From contig NC_057718.1 in NCBI RefSeq assembly GCF_004010195.1, positions 78,846,016-78,910,015 on the forward strand: a stretch of 64,000 nt of DNA, in the 5' to 3' direction. The notes under the pieces are model-generated. The model was not told the DNA's origin, ran no database searches, and saw only the letters and a list, made by a program, of their open reading frames with translations. Every line of letters starts with the position of its first letter. The stretch's first letter is position 1. Below, in pieces: positions 24,721 to 35,969 of this stretch. This DNA comes from Chiloscyllium plagiosum (Eukaryota). A program made the position numbers and the translations under genes.

Positions 24721-27700
24721 ATATTAAAAACCAAATACCGCAGATGTTGGAAATCTCAAACATGGAAAATGCTGGAGGATGATCATGTAACATCGTGTCA
24801 TTTCCTGTGATGTATATTTTGTCTCCTAAGTATATATAACCATGCTAAAACTTATATTTCACTGTGCATGTGTATATAGGAGTGGGGGATTGAAGAGAGA
24901 AGAAAGCAATGGGCAATGAGTGGAGAGGTGGGGGGGAGGGAATATTGTATGGATTTGTTAATTTCTTTATTGGTTAGAATACCTGCACATAGCCCTCATG
25001 GAGAATGCCCTCAATAATGCCTCACAAAAAATGCTAAGGTGTGCAAAGTAAGTAAATCCTTATTCTTTTTCTGTGGCCATTTCTGAAATAAACTGTACAA
25101 GATATCCATAATGCAGTTGAATAGTGCCCCAACTTCTAAGAATTGCTGGGGTATATATTCTCTCCAGTTGCTATGAACTGTGGGGAAATTCCACATGCAC
25201 TGTCAATGGAGTTACATCATCAAAATTCTCATCTCTGTAGTGGAGCAATGAGAATATTGTTGACTCAGCTCTGCACCTTCCCTGTAAATCTAGCCAACAA
25301 CTGTTATATTTTCATTAACAATTCTTGCTTCTGAATCAGGAGGTTATCTGTTCAAAGCCCATACAAGTGATTTCAGCATATGGGCAAGGCTGATCTTCAG
25401 AGTCACTCTGACAGAATGCTGCACTGTCAGGAGTATTATCTTTCAGATGAAACATCCAACCAAGATCACATCAGCTGTGCCTCATAGCATAGCCTCTAAG
25501 TTATGGTCACCTTAAGAATTTACCCAGGCTATCCTTTATTTGCAGGTATCCTTGTTTTCAAAGTGGTCACTATAATACAAAAGATCCCAAACATCTTCAA
25601 GGCCCATTTCAAATCTCTCTCATTGGAGTAGAGTGCAACTTCTGTAATGAACTGTGTCTCTCAGTTCTACTTGCCAGCTTTCAGGCAGTCACAGAACAAA
25701 TAGAAAGGGAAATGTAATAATAGGTTGCACTAGTGCCTTCTAGGTTCTGAAAACAAATCTTAGGGGTGGCTTATTGTTTGGAAAGTATGGCAGAGATTGT
25801 ATTACAAGAGAAACAAACCTTTCTGCTGAAACAGCAAGGCTGTGTTGGACAATTGATTGATGGCTAGGATTCACAGTTCTACCAATCACTTTAGTGAGTA
25901 GCAGAGATGATAAGACCTGAGGCCACAATCCACCTCCACTGTGTAAAATGAAAGTTTCTCAAAGAAGCAGATTGACCATCAGATGCCAAGGGAAATAATT
26001 CAATGGCAGGAACATAGGGGAAAGAAGATGGCAGTAACTTCTGAAAACGTGCGTGGGTGCAGCACTGACACTGGAAAAGATACTCTTTTTCACTGTTACA
26101 AATCCTTTCCTCAATTTGAGAGATAAGTGGGTTTAGGATAATGACTAAGTCTATTATGCTAATAAAAAGTTACTACAGCTGTGAAGTCAGGGCCGGGTGG
26201 AACTAGGACTGAGTCTGAAGGTTTCTAGGAATGCTCTCTCCTCTGATTTATGTCTATATTGTGATTAATTTCAAAGACAGTTGCTCAACATTATGAGGAC
26301 AGAATCACTCTGTCTTTTGTATGATCTCAGCTAGTGGTAACAATAGAGGACCCTGCGCCCAGTAAAACTTTCCGCTAATCCCAATTAATGCAGGAACAGT
26401 CGAATCAGTCGGCTGCGCAAGAATCCTCAGAGGAGGCCCAAAGCAGTAAACCTCACATGTGATTAGCCAATGTCATACATGGAGATGAGCTCTGAAATCA
26501 ATCAGTGCGATGGTAATTACGCAGCATAATCAGGGAATGCTTAGAAAGCAAGCAGGCTCCCAGTCTGGGCTGCAGGGAGTCACAAACAGCCACACACAGA
26601 CCATAACATCAATTCAATGCAAGTGCAGCTCTCAAAAATGCAAAATGCCCTTTCTTTACCTGACTTACTGCTCAGCACATGATAGCCCAAATTGCACCAC
26701 TTGTTTAGTCACTACTGCATCACCTCTAGGCTTGTCCATAAACTGGAGAGGTCCCACTATGTCGTATCAGTAAAGTACTGAGCAAGATTATTTCAAACTG
26801 GAGAATTAACATAGCAACTGCTACCTATGCAGTAATCCTGGAACCCAGCGATGCATCCTTTAATAGCCATCAGCTGAGAATGCCTGCGGCCATTACTTCA
26901 TCTTTTTGTTTTTGTGCCAAATGGCCATCTTTCAGCTAACTCTCCCCATTCATACAGAGCAAGACATGGTAATCAGACAGTGCACTCTGATACAGTAGTG
27001 GCCACGGAATCCTTACAACTTTGGCTCGACCAGTTAAAGCTGCAAGGTACCTGTTTCTTCACAACTCCAAGACGTCTCTGTCCACAAAATAGATGACTCT
27101 AATGCCCAGGTTTGGACCATAGGCATCTTCACTAATGGCTCACCACTGCTTTCAAATTAGATATGGGTATAGCAGTCTCTGTCTTGTCCTATTTGACTCC
27201 TTGGCTCATTTGAAGTTTCTGAATATTCACTTCCTCAGACCAGGAATTATGACTTTAAAGGGACATGTTGACACCCTTTCCCATAGAAGCAGGGAAATAT
27301 TGAAAACCTTTATATTGTCCATCATCAGGAATTTCAGTTAAAAAGCCTGCATTAATCTTCACATTCTCTCCAAGATCAATAACCTAACAGCACACTCTGC
27401 ATCAATTTCACAAAGGGTTCCCTGTTTTGATTGCTGGCTGGGGCAAGTCCACTCAGTGTACCATAGTATAGTGGTCAGTTGGCTTCAATTGGGGCTACTG
27501 GGGCTAACTTTCAATGGGAGTTATTTGCCTAACATCCATTGTGGCACTAGAAGCCCACCTGCATTTAGGATAGATCCATGCAAGCATTTATTCTTGGAGA
27601 TAGAGTAGTTTCTCTGCACTGAGGAGTGGACATTGTGCTCGTCGAAAAGCTGATTTTCGTCACATGTTACGGCTGTCTCGTACTCACCTGCACGTCTCCT

Positions 27701-27859
27701 GTTTAAATTTGTAAAAGGATTGATGCAACACAGGATTTCCATAGCTTGCAATGTGTGAATGCCTTTTATTTCAGAATGCCTTTTGTATGTGTTATGTTAG
27801 TCCTTCAACACATTTTTTGTCTGTTTTTTGGACATATCCATTCATACAGATTTCATCAT

Positions 27860-28840
27860 ATTTTGAAGAGAAGGAGAGATCCCCCAGTGCCTAGGCAATA
27901 TTTACCCCTCCACCACCATCACTAGAACAAATGAGTCATGTTATTATTACATTACTTTTTGTGAGAGGTGTCCGTGTTGAAATTGGCTGCCATGTTTTCA
28001 ATAGCACAAACTAGTATATGAAAACAATGTCTGCAGAATGTTGGTTGTGAAGCACTTCTAGAGATTTTGTCAGAATGTGGAAAGACATGGCAGCCAATTT
28101 GCACATACCAGTACCATGAAATCTTTTACATCTTTTGTTCTGTGCACACATCTCTAAACAATGGAAGAAAAGTGACAACATTTTCAATCAACCTGTCTGA
28201 AGAAACATAGAGAAGTCACGAGATGAGAAAATGTTATTGAACAAAGATGTTGAGTAATGTTTAGCACTACCACCACCACTCCCCCTCTTCGATTCTGATG
28301 ACAGATTCAAGTGTCATGTGTTGAAGAACTTTTAATCTTCATGATCAGAAGTCATAAACTGTAAATGTGGGAAATGCACAATAGACTAGTCTGTATAGTC
28401 TCAGTACTGGCAAGAGATCTACAGTCTAAACACAACCCTGTCTTCTCTCTTAAAGAAAGATTTGTATGTGTGTTGTGTCTTTCATGACATCAGATACAAA
28501 GCTGCTGCAACATTACACAAGAGAATTCAATGAAGTATTTTTGAAACGTAGGCACAGTTGCACTGTTAGCTCCTGCAAACAGCAATAAATGGCCAGGGAA
28601 TCCATTTTGTTGATATTCACAATTTGCCAGGACACAAGAGACAAACTCATTCACTCTTCTTCAAAATTAATGGCATGGAATCACTTACCAACTTGAAAGA
28701 CAACATAGGTCATGTGTTTATACAAAAAACTAATTTTCTAGTATTGTCTAGGTATTGCACTGTACTATTAGCCTAGACTTGAATTCTCTGGAGCTAATCC
28801 ATAACAATTTGAGTCCCAGGGCACTGAACCACAGCTGATT
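27860..28840. mobile_element. Cluster of old DeuSINE-like remnants in both orientations
   Basis: aattggctgcc on + (27981) and ggcagccaattt on - (28089), caatatttacccctc, and a minus copy at about 28450-28840. Confidence 0.55.
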
Positions 28841-29134
28841 TTGCACATATGGAAGTATATGTCTTTCCAATATTTTTTAACTTTTTATTCAATATAGCAA
28901 AAACAAAGCTGCAAGAAATTGGGTTTCTATGTTAGATTTTGCTGCTCATTTTCAATACTGACTGCTGGGTATCTTGATTTGAATGCAGAGTAAATCCAGA
29001 TCCCTTCTGTGTTTTATATAATCATCCAATATATCAGTTTGCATTGCCCAAAACTATATACATTGCAGTAATATGATTCATTTATTACACTATGTATGCA
29101 CTAACCATCCAAACCAGTTATTAGTTTCACTTAC

Positions 29135-29201
29135 CAAAAGATGGCAAAATCAGAAAAAGAAGCCCCGTAAACACAAGCGTTTTAATCCTGATTTGAACCA
29201 T
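29135..29201 (-). CDS. PLG: Candidate first coding exon (signal peptide) of the same plasminogen-family gene: MVQIRIKTLVFTGLLFLILPSF + 1 nt
   Basis: ATG in strong Kozak context (aaaATGG). Basic N-region (RIK) followed by a hydrophobic core (LVFTGLLFLIL). Ends in phase 1 at a consensus donor G|GTAAGT, as plasminogen exon 1 does. It is on the same strand as and upstream of the kringle exon, in unique sequence, next to hepatic TF motifs. Linkage to the kringle exon is inferred. Confidence 0.7.
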
Positions 29202-29570
29202 TTTAGAAATCCCTGATATGGCAATGAGTCATATTTACTGATTGAGGACTTTGCATCATCAAGCAAACAAGTTTGGACAGAAAGAGCCACTTTGCATTTA
29301 GATACAGTAAATCATTCTCTAAACAAAGATGCCGCACACTTGCTAACATTACACAAGAGAATTCAAACATTTTTCAATGCTTCAGCTTTGTTCGTGAGAA
29401 AGAGTCAATATTTCAGTTTGATTATTTAATCAATTTCATTTGACTTTTGTTAATCCTAATTAATCCAGCAACATCTGCAGCCTTTTGAATCTTTCTGGAG
29501 CAAATACAAACAAATGTTCACAATTTGTAAAGTTAAACAGAGATTTGAGTGGATCCAAAGTTCCACTTCC
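29202..29570 (-). promoter_or_regulatory. Putative liver-type proximal promoter/5' UTR of the plasminogen-family gene
   Basis: Motif cluster upstream of the ATG: AP-1 TGAGTCA (29225-29231); FOXA-like TATTTAC (29232-29238), GCAAACA (29263-29269) and TAAACAAA (29320-29327); HNF4-like CAAAGTCC (minus, 29246-29253) and GGATCCAAAGTTCCA (29551-29565); HNF1-like GTAAATCATTCTC (29307-29319); C/EBP-type TTGTGTAAT (minus, 29348-29356). Motif matches only. Confidence 0.5.
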
Positions 29571-29814
29571 TTTCACAAAAGAAAGCAATAAAATTGGATT
29601 CCATACTGCCAGTGATACTGGTGCTACAAAAATACTAAAGACTTAAAATGGTGTAACCTGTGCATCCAGCTGCTCCAAACAAGGACAAGAGCGCACCCCA
29701 TCCTGTGTAGTGTGCTAATGATGGGAATGTAGCCCGAGCATCAGAAACATGAAAGAGCTCCTATTGCATGGCCATATAGCCAGGACAGCTGATTCAAAGC
29801 TTGTTTCATAAACT

Positions 29815-30150
29815 TAGAATTAAAGAATCCCTACAGTGTGAAATCAGGCCACTCTATCCATTGAGTCCATATTGCCCCTCTGAAGAGTATCCCACCCAAA
29901 CCCACAACCCACCCTATCTCTGTACCCTGCATTCTCAGGACTAATCCACATAGCCTGCACTTCCCTGCATACTATGGGCAATTTAGATCTTCAATCCACC
30001 TAACCTGCACATTTTTGGACTGTGGGAGGATACCAGAGCACCCAGAGGAAACCCACGCTGACGTGGGGCAAATGTGCAAACTCCACACAGACTGTTGTCC
30101 AAGGTGGGAATCTAACCAGGGTTCCTGTGCTAACCAATGAGCCACTGTGT
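29815..30150 (-). mobile_element. HE1-type V-SINE
   Basis: Reverse complement of the HE1 V-domain and tail (ccctacagtgtg..., ggactgtgggagga, aatgtgcaaactccacacagac). Confidence 0.88.
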
Positions 30151-30202
30151 CATCCCTTTGGTCTGCACAAGTTCACTGAATAACATGAATATCATTCCCA
30201 AC

Positions 30203-30809
30203 TGTGATGAGACTGTGGCGTTAAGGGGTGTATTTTGTCCTGATTTTTTTTTAAGCGAGGTTTTAAGGCAGAAGTGGAGACCAGTCTACTAGATGCACTA
30301 GAGTAAAGAGCTTGTGAGGCCTTGGGTTCTTTTTTAAGTTGGAACAATAGAAGCAGCCTGAAAGGATGTGATCAAGCTCCAACAGAACCAGGGTGTTTGG
30401 TTTTACTTTTCAGCAGTGGTTTTTGGAGTTTTGAAGAAGTGGAAACATTTTTTTCCCTCTCTCAAATATAGCCAAAAGCTAAGGATTCTCTTCCTGCTCC
30501 TGAGACAATCTTTTTTCTGTATTTGCCTTTGCCAAAGGTGTGTTTCTGGGATGTTACTATACTGGAACAGTTAATTGGTAATTGGTATTCTGTTTTGTTT
30601 CCAACAGAGTTAAGTTATTCCAATTCTTTCTTTCCTTTTTGTATTTTAATCAAAGTAGATGAATAAAGTGAGTTTTGCTTTAAATTAGTAGCTTGTTCAA
30701 TCGAATTGCATCTGGAATGCAACACCTATGTTTGCCTTTGAAAGAAGAAATAATGAAGGTCTAGACTATCTTATATATATTTTGAAGGGATTTGGTCTGG
30801 TTTACAATA
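30203..30809 (+). mobile_element. Solo LTR
   Basis: TGTGATGA...ACAATA (decayed CA) flanked by the 4-bp TSD CAAC (30199-30202, 30810-30813). AATAAA at about 30662. 3' half homologous to the solo LTR at 52720-53369. Confidence 0.75.
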
Positions 30810-31516
30810 CAACTAAAAATGCATACAGAGCTAGAGTTGATATCAGCAGTAGGGAAAATGTAAGAACTATTATACAAAGGATGTGATAACAGACCATTTA
30901 GAAAATAATGGCATAACATGGACTCATGAAAGGGAAATCATATTTGACAAATTTGTGGAATTTTTTAAAGGATGTTACTGACGGCATAAAATGAAGATAT
31001 GATAGAAGTGTTGTATTTGGGCAGGAGAATCGGCATTTCAAGCATAAGCAAAAATGGTATATGTTGTTTTAAAAAGAACAATTAGATTTTTGCATGCTGG
31101 AGCACAAATCTTTTTGTAGTTTGTAAGACTGTAAATGAAGAGCTTACGTTCAAAATGTCAGTTCTCCTCCTCCTTGGATGCTGCCTGACTGGCTGTCTAT
31201 GGTTTGGTGGTTGTTTAAAGGCGAGAAATGGAGGCAAAGGCAAGATCTTGGTGAGGTGGTCATCCTCATCAATAATGTGTTGCAGGCTGCAAAGAAGATA
31301 ATGTAGTTTCTCCAGGGAAGTACTGGACAACGAAGGGTGTCTGTCTCCTGAGGAGGTCATTACAGCTTCTCGCTGTGGCATGTTAGAACTGGAGATCACT
31401 GACTTGGGCATCGAATCCTTTTCTTATGAGGGCATCCTTCAGCATCTTCAGGTGTTCGTTGTGTTCCTCCTCATCTGAACAGATCCTGGATATATGTAGG
31501 GCTTGTCTGTAGGGGA

Positions 31517-32756
31517 CTCCCTCATCAGGTTCATGCCCCCCTGCACCAGCCCACTCCCCACTCCTGGCACCTTGCCTTGTCACCACAGGAAGTGCAAATC
31601 CTGCGCCTACACCACTCCCCTCACCTCCATCCAGAGCCCCAAGGGATCCTTCCACATCCATCAGAAATTCACCTATACCTCTACCGATGTCATCCACTGC
31701 ATCTGTTGCACCCGGTGTGGTCTCCTCTACATCTGGGAGACAGGACGTCTCCTTGTGGATCATTTCAGTGAACATCTCTAGGACACCCACATCCACCAAC
31801 CCCACCGCCCCGTGGCTGAACACTTCAACGCTCCCTCTCACTCCATCAAGGACATGCAGGTCCTGGGCCTCCTCCACCGACAAAGCCTTACCACTTGACG
31901 CCTGGAGGAAGAATGCCTCATATTCTGCCTTGGGACCCTGCAACCACACAGGATAAATGTGGATTTCAACAGGTTCCTCAGTTCTCCTCCTCCCATATTA
32001 TCCCAGTCCCAAGCCTCCAACTTGGCACCGCCCTCCGGACCTGTCCAATACCCTCCCTCTGACCTATCACCTTCTTCCTCACCTTCATCCACCTATCGCT
32101 TTCTCAGTTACCCACCCCACCCCATTTTAATTATTTCTCAGCCCCTGCCCACTAACCTCATTCCTGATGAAGGGCTTATGCCCAAAACATTGATTCTGCT
32201 GCTCCTTAGATGCTACCTGACCTGCTGTGCTTTCCCAGCAACACATCCTCAAGTCTGATCTTTAGATTAGATTCCCTACAGTGTGGAAATAGGCCCTTCA
32301 GCTGAACAAGTCCACACCTACCCTCCGAAGAGTAACCAACCCAGATCCATTTCCCTCTGACTAATGCACCTAACATTAGGAGCAATTTTAACATGGTCAA
32401 TTCACCTGACCTGCACATCTTTGGAATGTGGGAGGAAACTGGAACACCCGGAGGAAACCCACACAGACTAGATTACATTACAGTGTGGAAACAGGCCCTT
32501 CGGCCCAACAAGTCCACACCGACCCACCGAAGCACAACCCACCCATACCCCTACATTTACCCCTTACCTAGCAGTACGGGCAATTTAGCATGGCCAATTC
32601 ACCTGACCTGCACATCTTTGGACTGTGGGAGGAAACCAGAGCACCCGGAGGAAACCCACGCAGACATGGGGAGAATGTGCAAACTTCACACAGACAGTTG
32701 GCTGAGGCTGAAATCGAACCTGGGTCCCAAGCATCTGCAGTCCTCACTTTCTCCTC
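31517..32756 (+). mobile_element. Penelope-like family 2 (Neptune-type) 3' portion: Cys-rich linker, GIY-YIG endonuclease and pLTR with hammerhead
   Basis: PGTLPCHHRKCKSC..FTYTSTDVIHCICCTRCGLLYIWETGR..FSEHL. Exact 15-bp TSD CTTGTCTGTAGGGGA (31502-31516, 32757-32771). CTGATGA core at 32164. Confidence 0.88.
32263..32728 (-). mobile_element. Two head-to-tail HE1 SINE segments (32263-32467, 32468-32728) inside the PLE tail
   Basis: Two different HE1 3' tails, each followed by V-domain sequence. The PLE tail ..ctgatct | agcatctgcag resumes afterwards. Confidence 0.88.
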
Positions 32757-33749
32757 CTTGTCTGTAGGGGATGGTTGTTTTAATATGTTAGAGTGAAAGC
32801 TTAAGAAGTGCTAAACCGTAAGGTTATCTGTGGGCTTACTAATTTTACTAATTGAATATATGCACTAATTGATTTTAAATCCCACCAATTGGAATGTTGC
32901 AGTTTGAACCCTTGCTCCATCCTATTAGATATTAGTAAGGCCTCTAGGTTACCAGTAACATAACACCATACCATGGTCTATGGTCTCAATTGAATTACTC
33001 CTTGCAAAAAATGGTATATGTTGATTTAAAAAGAACAATTAGATTTTTGCATGCTGGAGCTCAAATCTTTTTGTAGTTTGTAAATTTTATTACCCATTTT
33101 CACTGACTGTGCAGTGATATGATTGTGCTAATACATGTCAACTATTGTGAAATATTAACCTTTGGAATAAGCTTGTAGATGGTTTACTCTAAGTCCTGAT
33201 CAAAGGAAACTAATTGTTAATTAATAAACTTTCTTTTGTCAATATGCATTACAAACATATCTGCAGAGACTGACCATGAACAAGTAGTTCATAATGTTTC
33301 AACATGTTTCTCAGTAGTTCTTTTTGATCATGTGGAGGATTCAAAAATCCAATAAGGTCAGTAATAAATTAATGATGTGCGACTACATAAATGTATCATA
33401 CATGTGGATATGTGGGATTAAAGAGTAAGTCATTGGGTCATTGGGACTACTCTGTCATTCAGGTAAGTCATAGCTGTTCCCCATTTCAATCATCTTCATG
33501 TCCTATCCTTACCCAATAAAATTTCAGTCTTGGCTCAAAATTCATGCACATTTGAGCAGAAAGAATTCCAGATTTTCATTACATTTTGTCTGAAAACGTG
33601 TTTCTCGACGTGCCTCCTAAATAACCTCACAATAATTTTAAGGTCAAACTGCATTTCTCTGAATCTCCACTTCATGAAATGGTATATCAAATCCATCGTA
33701 AATACGTCAATTCTTCCTTCTATGCTCTCTTCCCAAGATTTAGCAGGAC

Positions 33750-34550
33750 AACAAAGAAGGTTACCTCAGAGTACAAGAGGATCTTGATCAGATGGACCAC
33801 TGGGCCGAGGAGTGGTAGGTGGAGTTTAATTTAGATAAATATGAGATGCTGCATTTTGAAAAGGCAAATCAGGGCAGGACTTAATGTTAAGGTCCTGGGG
33901 AATGTTGCTGAACAAAGAGACCTTGGAGTATAGGTTCATTGTTCCTTGAAAGTGGGGTCACAGGTAGATAGGATAGTGAAGAAGGAGTTTGGTATGCTTG
34001 CCTTTATTGATCAGTGCATTGAGTATAGGAGTTGGGAGGCCATGTTGCAGCTGTACAGGACATTGATTATGGCCACTGTTGCAATTTTGGTCACCCTACA
34101 ATAGGAAAGATATTGTAAAACTTGAAAGGTACAGAAAAGATATACAAGGAGGGTTTGAGCTTTAGGGAGAGGCTGTATAGACTGGGGCTATTTTCCCTGG
34201 AGCATTGGAGGCTGAGGGGTTACCTTATAGAGGTTTATAAAATAATGAGAAGCATTGATACAGTCCCTGGGTAGGAGGAGTCTAAAACTAGAGGGCATAG
34301 GTTTAAGGTGAGAGGGGAAAGATTTAAAAGGAACTTAAGGTATGGAATGGTTGCCAGAGTAAGTGGTGGAGGCTGGTACAATTACAACATTTAAAAGGCA
34401 TCTGATTAGATAAATGAATAGGAAGGGTTTAGAGGGGTATGGGCCAAATGCTGGCAAATGGAACTAGATTTATTTAGGATATCTGGTCGACATGGACAAA
34501 TTGGACCAAAGGATCTGTTTCCGTGCTGTATATCTCGATGACTCTATGAT
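33750..34550 (+). mobile_element. CR1 (HER1-like) 3' fragment, followed by a family 2 mini-PLE (34551-34650)
   Basis: High similarity to 12040-12920. CR1 tail atgactctatga, immediately followed by ttgatgaaggacttatgccc...gctcctcggatgctgcctgacc. Confidence 0.88.
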
Positions 34551-34919
34551 TTCTTGATGAAGGACTTATGCCCAACATGTTGGTTCTCCTGCTCCTCGGA
34601 TGCTGCCTGACCTGCTGTGCTTCTCCAGCACCACATTCTCGACTCTGGTCGTTCATCAGTTAGTATTGTCTTTCCCAGTCAGTTGTGAAATGGGCTCCAG
34701 TCAGTCCTAAATGTCTATTTACTGAAAGCCAAGGCATTCCATGCTCCTCCCTGTTGGAATCCTCCATGTCAGACTGTATCAACAACTATGCTGAATTAAC
34801 ATTTCTATGTGATGCGAATGCTGACTGCTCATGTCACTTATATTCTTCACACAGTTCATTGGAACTGTGACTAATGGACCCAACCACAGCAGCTGTTTAC
34901 CACCTTGGGGTCTTGGACG

Positions 34920-35050
34920 TTTGTTTATTCATTCACGGGATGTGGGTGTTATTAGTCAGGCCAGCATTTATTGCCCATCCCTAATTGTTAAGAGTCAACC
35001 ACATTGCTTTGGATCTGGAGTCACATTTAGACCAGACCAGGTAAGGATGC
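34920..35050 (-). mobile_element. Old tRNA-SINE 3' fragment (family of 48200-48790)
   Basis: ccagcatttattgcccatccctaattg..agagtcaaccacattgc is the reverse complement of the shared tail. Confidence 0.7.
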
Positions 35051-35089
35051 CTTTCTTGCTGGCACATTTGTTCCTCCTCAATTTCTCTG

Positions 35090-35900
35090 TGCCTTTGTTG
35101 CACCAGGACCTGTAACCTCCAGTGGCTGCTGAACAGCTTGCACTTGAAGGAGTCACAGCTGAAGGTGCCTTCAGGATGTGGCAGGGATGCAGAAGGTCCA
35201 GAATCTACCATCCTCAATACCATTTCCTCCAGATGAATGAGGATCATTACTGCCATGGACTGCATATACCAAAAGATCACATTCAAAGCATCAGAACCTG
35301 ATCTTCAGGAGGTCTATCATTTGCTTGATGACAGCCTTAATTGAAGAATGGACAGCATTGTATCTGCACTTGGCCTCAGTCATGGGTTTGCAGACCACAG
35401 TCATACAGAGGGTAGGCCTTGTCTCCCTGTCCTTGTAAGGCATGTGGCCCTTGAAATAAACCTGGAGCATTAGAGTTCGCAAGCATCCAGCATACCCAGT
35501 GAAGATTTCTATAGTATGGTACCAATCAACTCAGATAAATTGTACATTGATAGAATGGAGCCTTTTTTTTTGATGAAGACAGCTGCATTATGATATGGTA
35601 TTCTCAATGCGACTTGTGTATGTTATATGGTGCCCTGCACACTGGGGGTGATAGCTATGCCAGCATAGCCTACTGTCTGAGCTGTAGCACTGGGCTCATC
35701 ATAGGGAAATGTGAAGAAGTCACATGATTTGGCAAAAACAACAGTATATATATATTTGTGGGTTGAGGATAGAGATCCCAAGTAGGTCTGCAGTGGGTCC
35801 TTGGAAACAGCTAGTAGTATAACAAAATTAGTGCAATTGACAGCCACTAGGATTCCAAGTCTCTAAATCTCTCTCCAGCAATTGACACAATTTTGTGATA
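35090..35900 (-). mobile_element. Highly decayed RTE-like LINE 3' region
   Basis: Weak remnants TYLGS, RP.L..VVCK and FSC...C...SSHWR (C-terminal Cys/His). Confidence 0.4.
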
Positions 35901-35969
35901 ACGTCCTGGGACATCCTCAGTCTGCAGCAGCAATGCACTTGCTCAACTGTTCTTTCTGGCAATGATAGT

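Larger units (their letters stand above)
31195..32815 (-). mobile_element. Penelope-like RT C-terminal fragment (31195-31516 plus 32757-32815), split by a family 2 insertion
   Basis: PYRQALHISRICSDEEE..HLKMLKDALIRKGF and PPFLAFKQPPN. The sequence resumes after the TSD at 32757. Confidence 0.75.
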
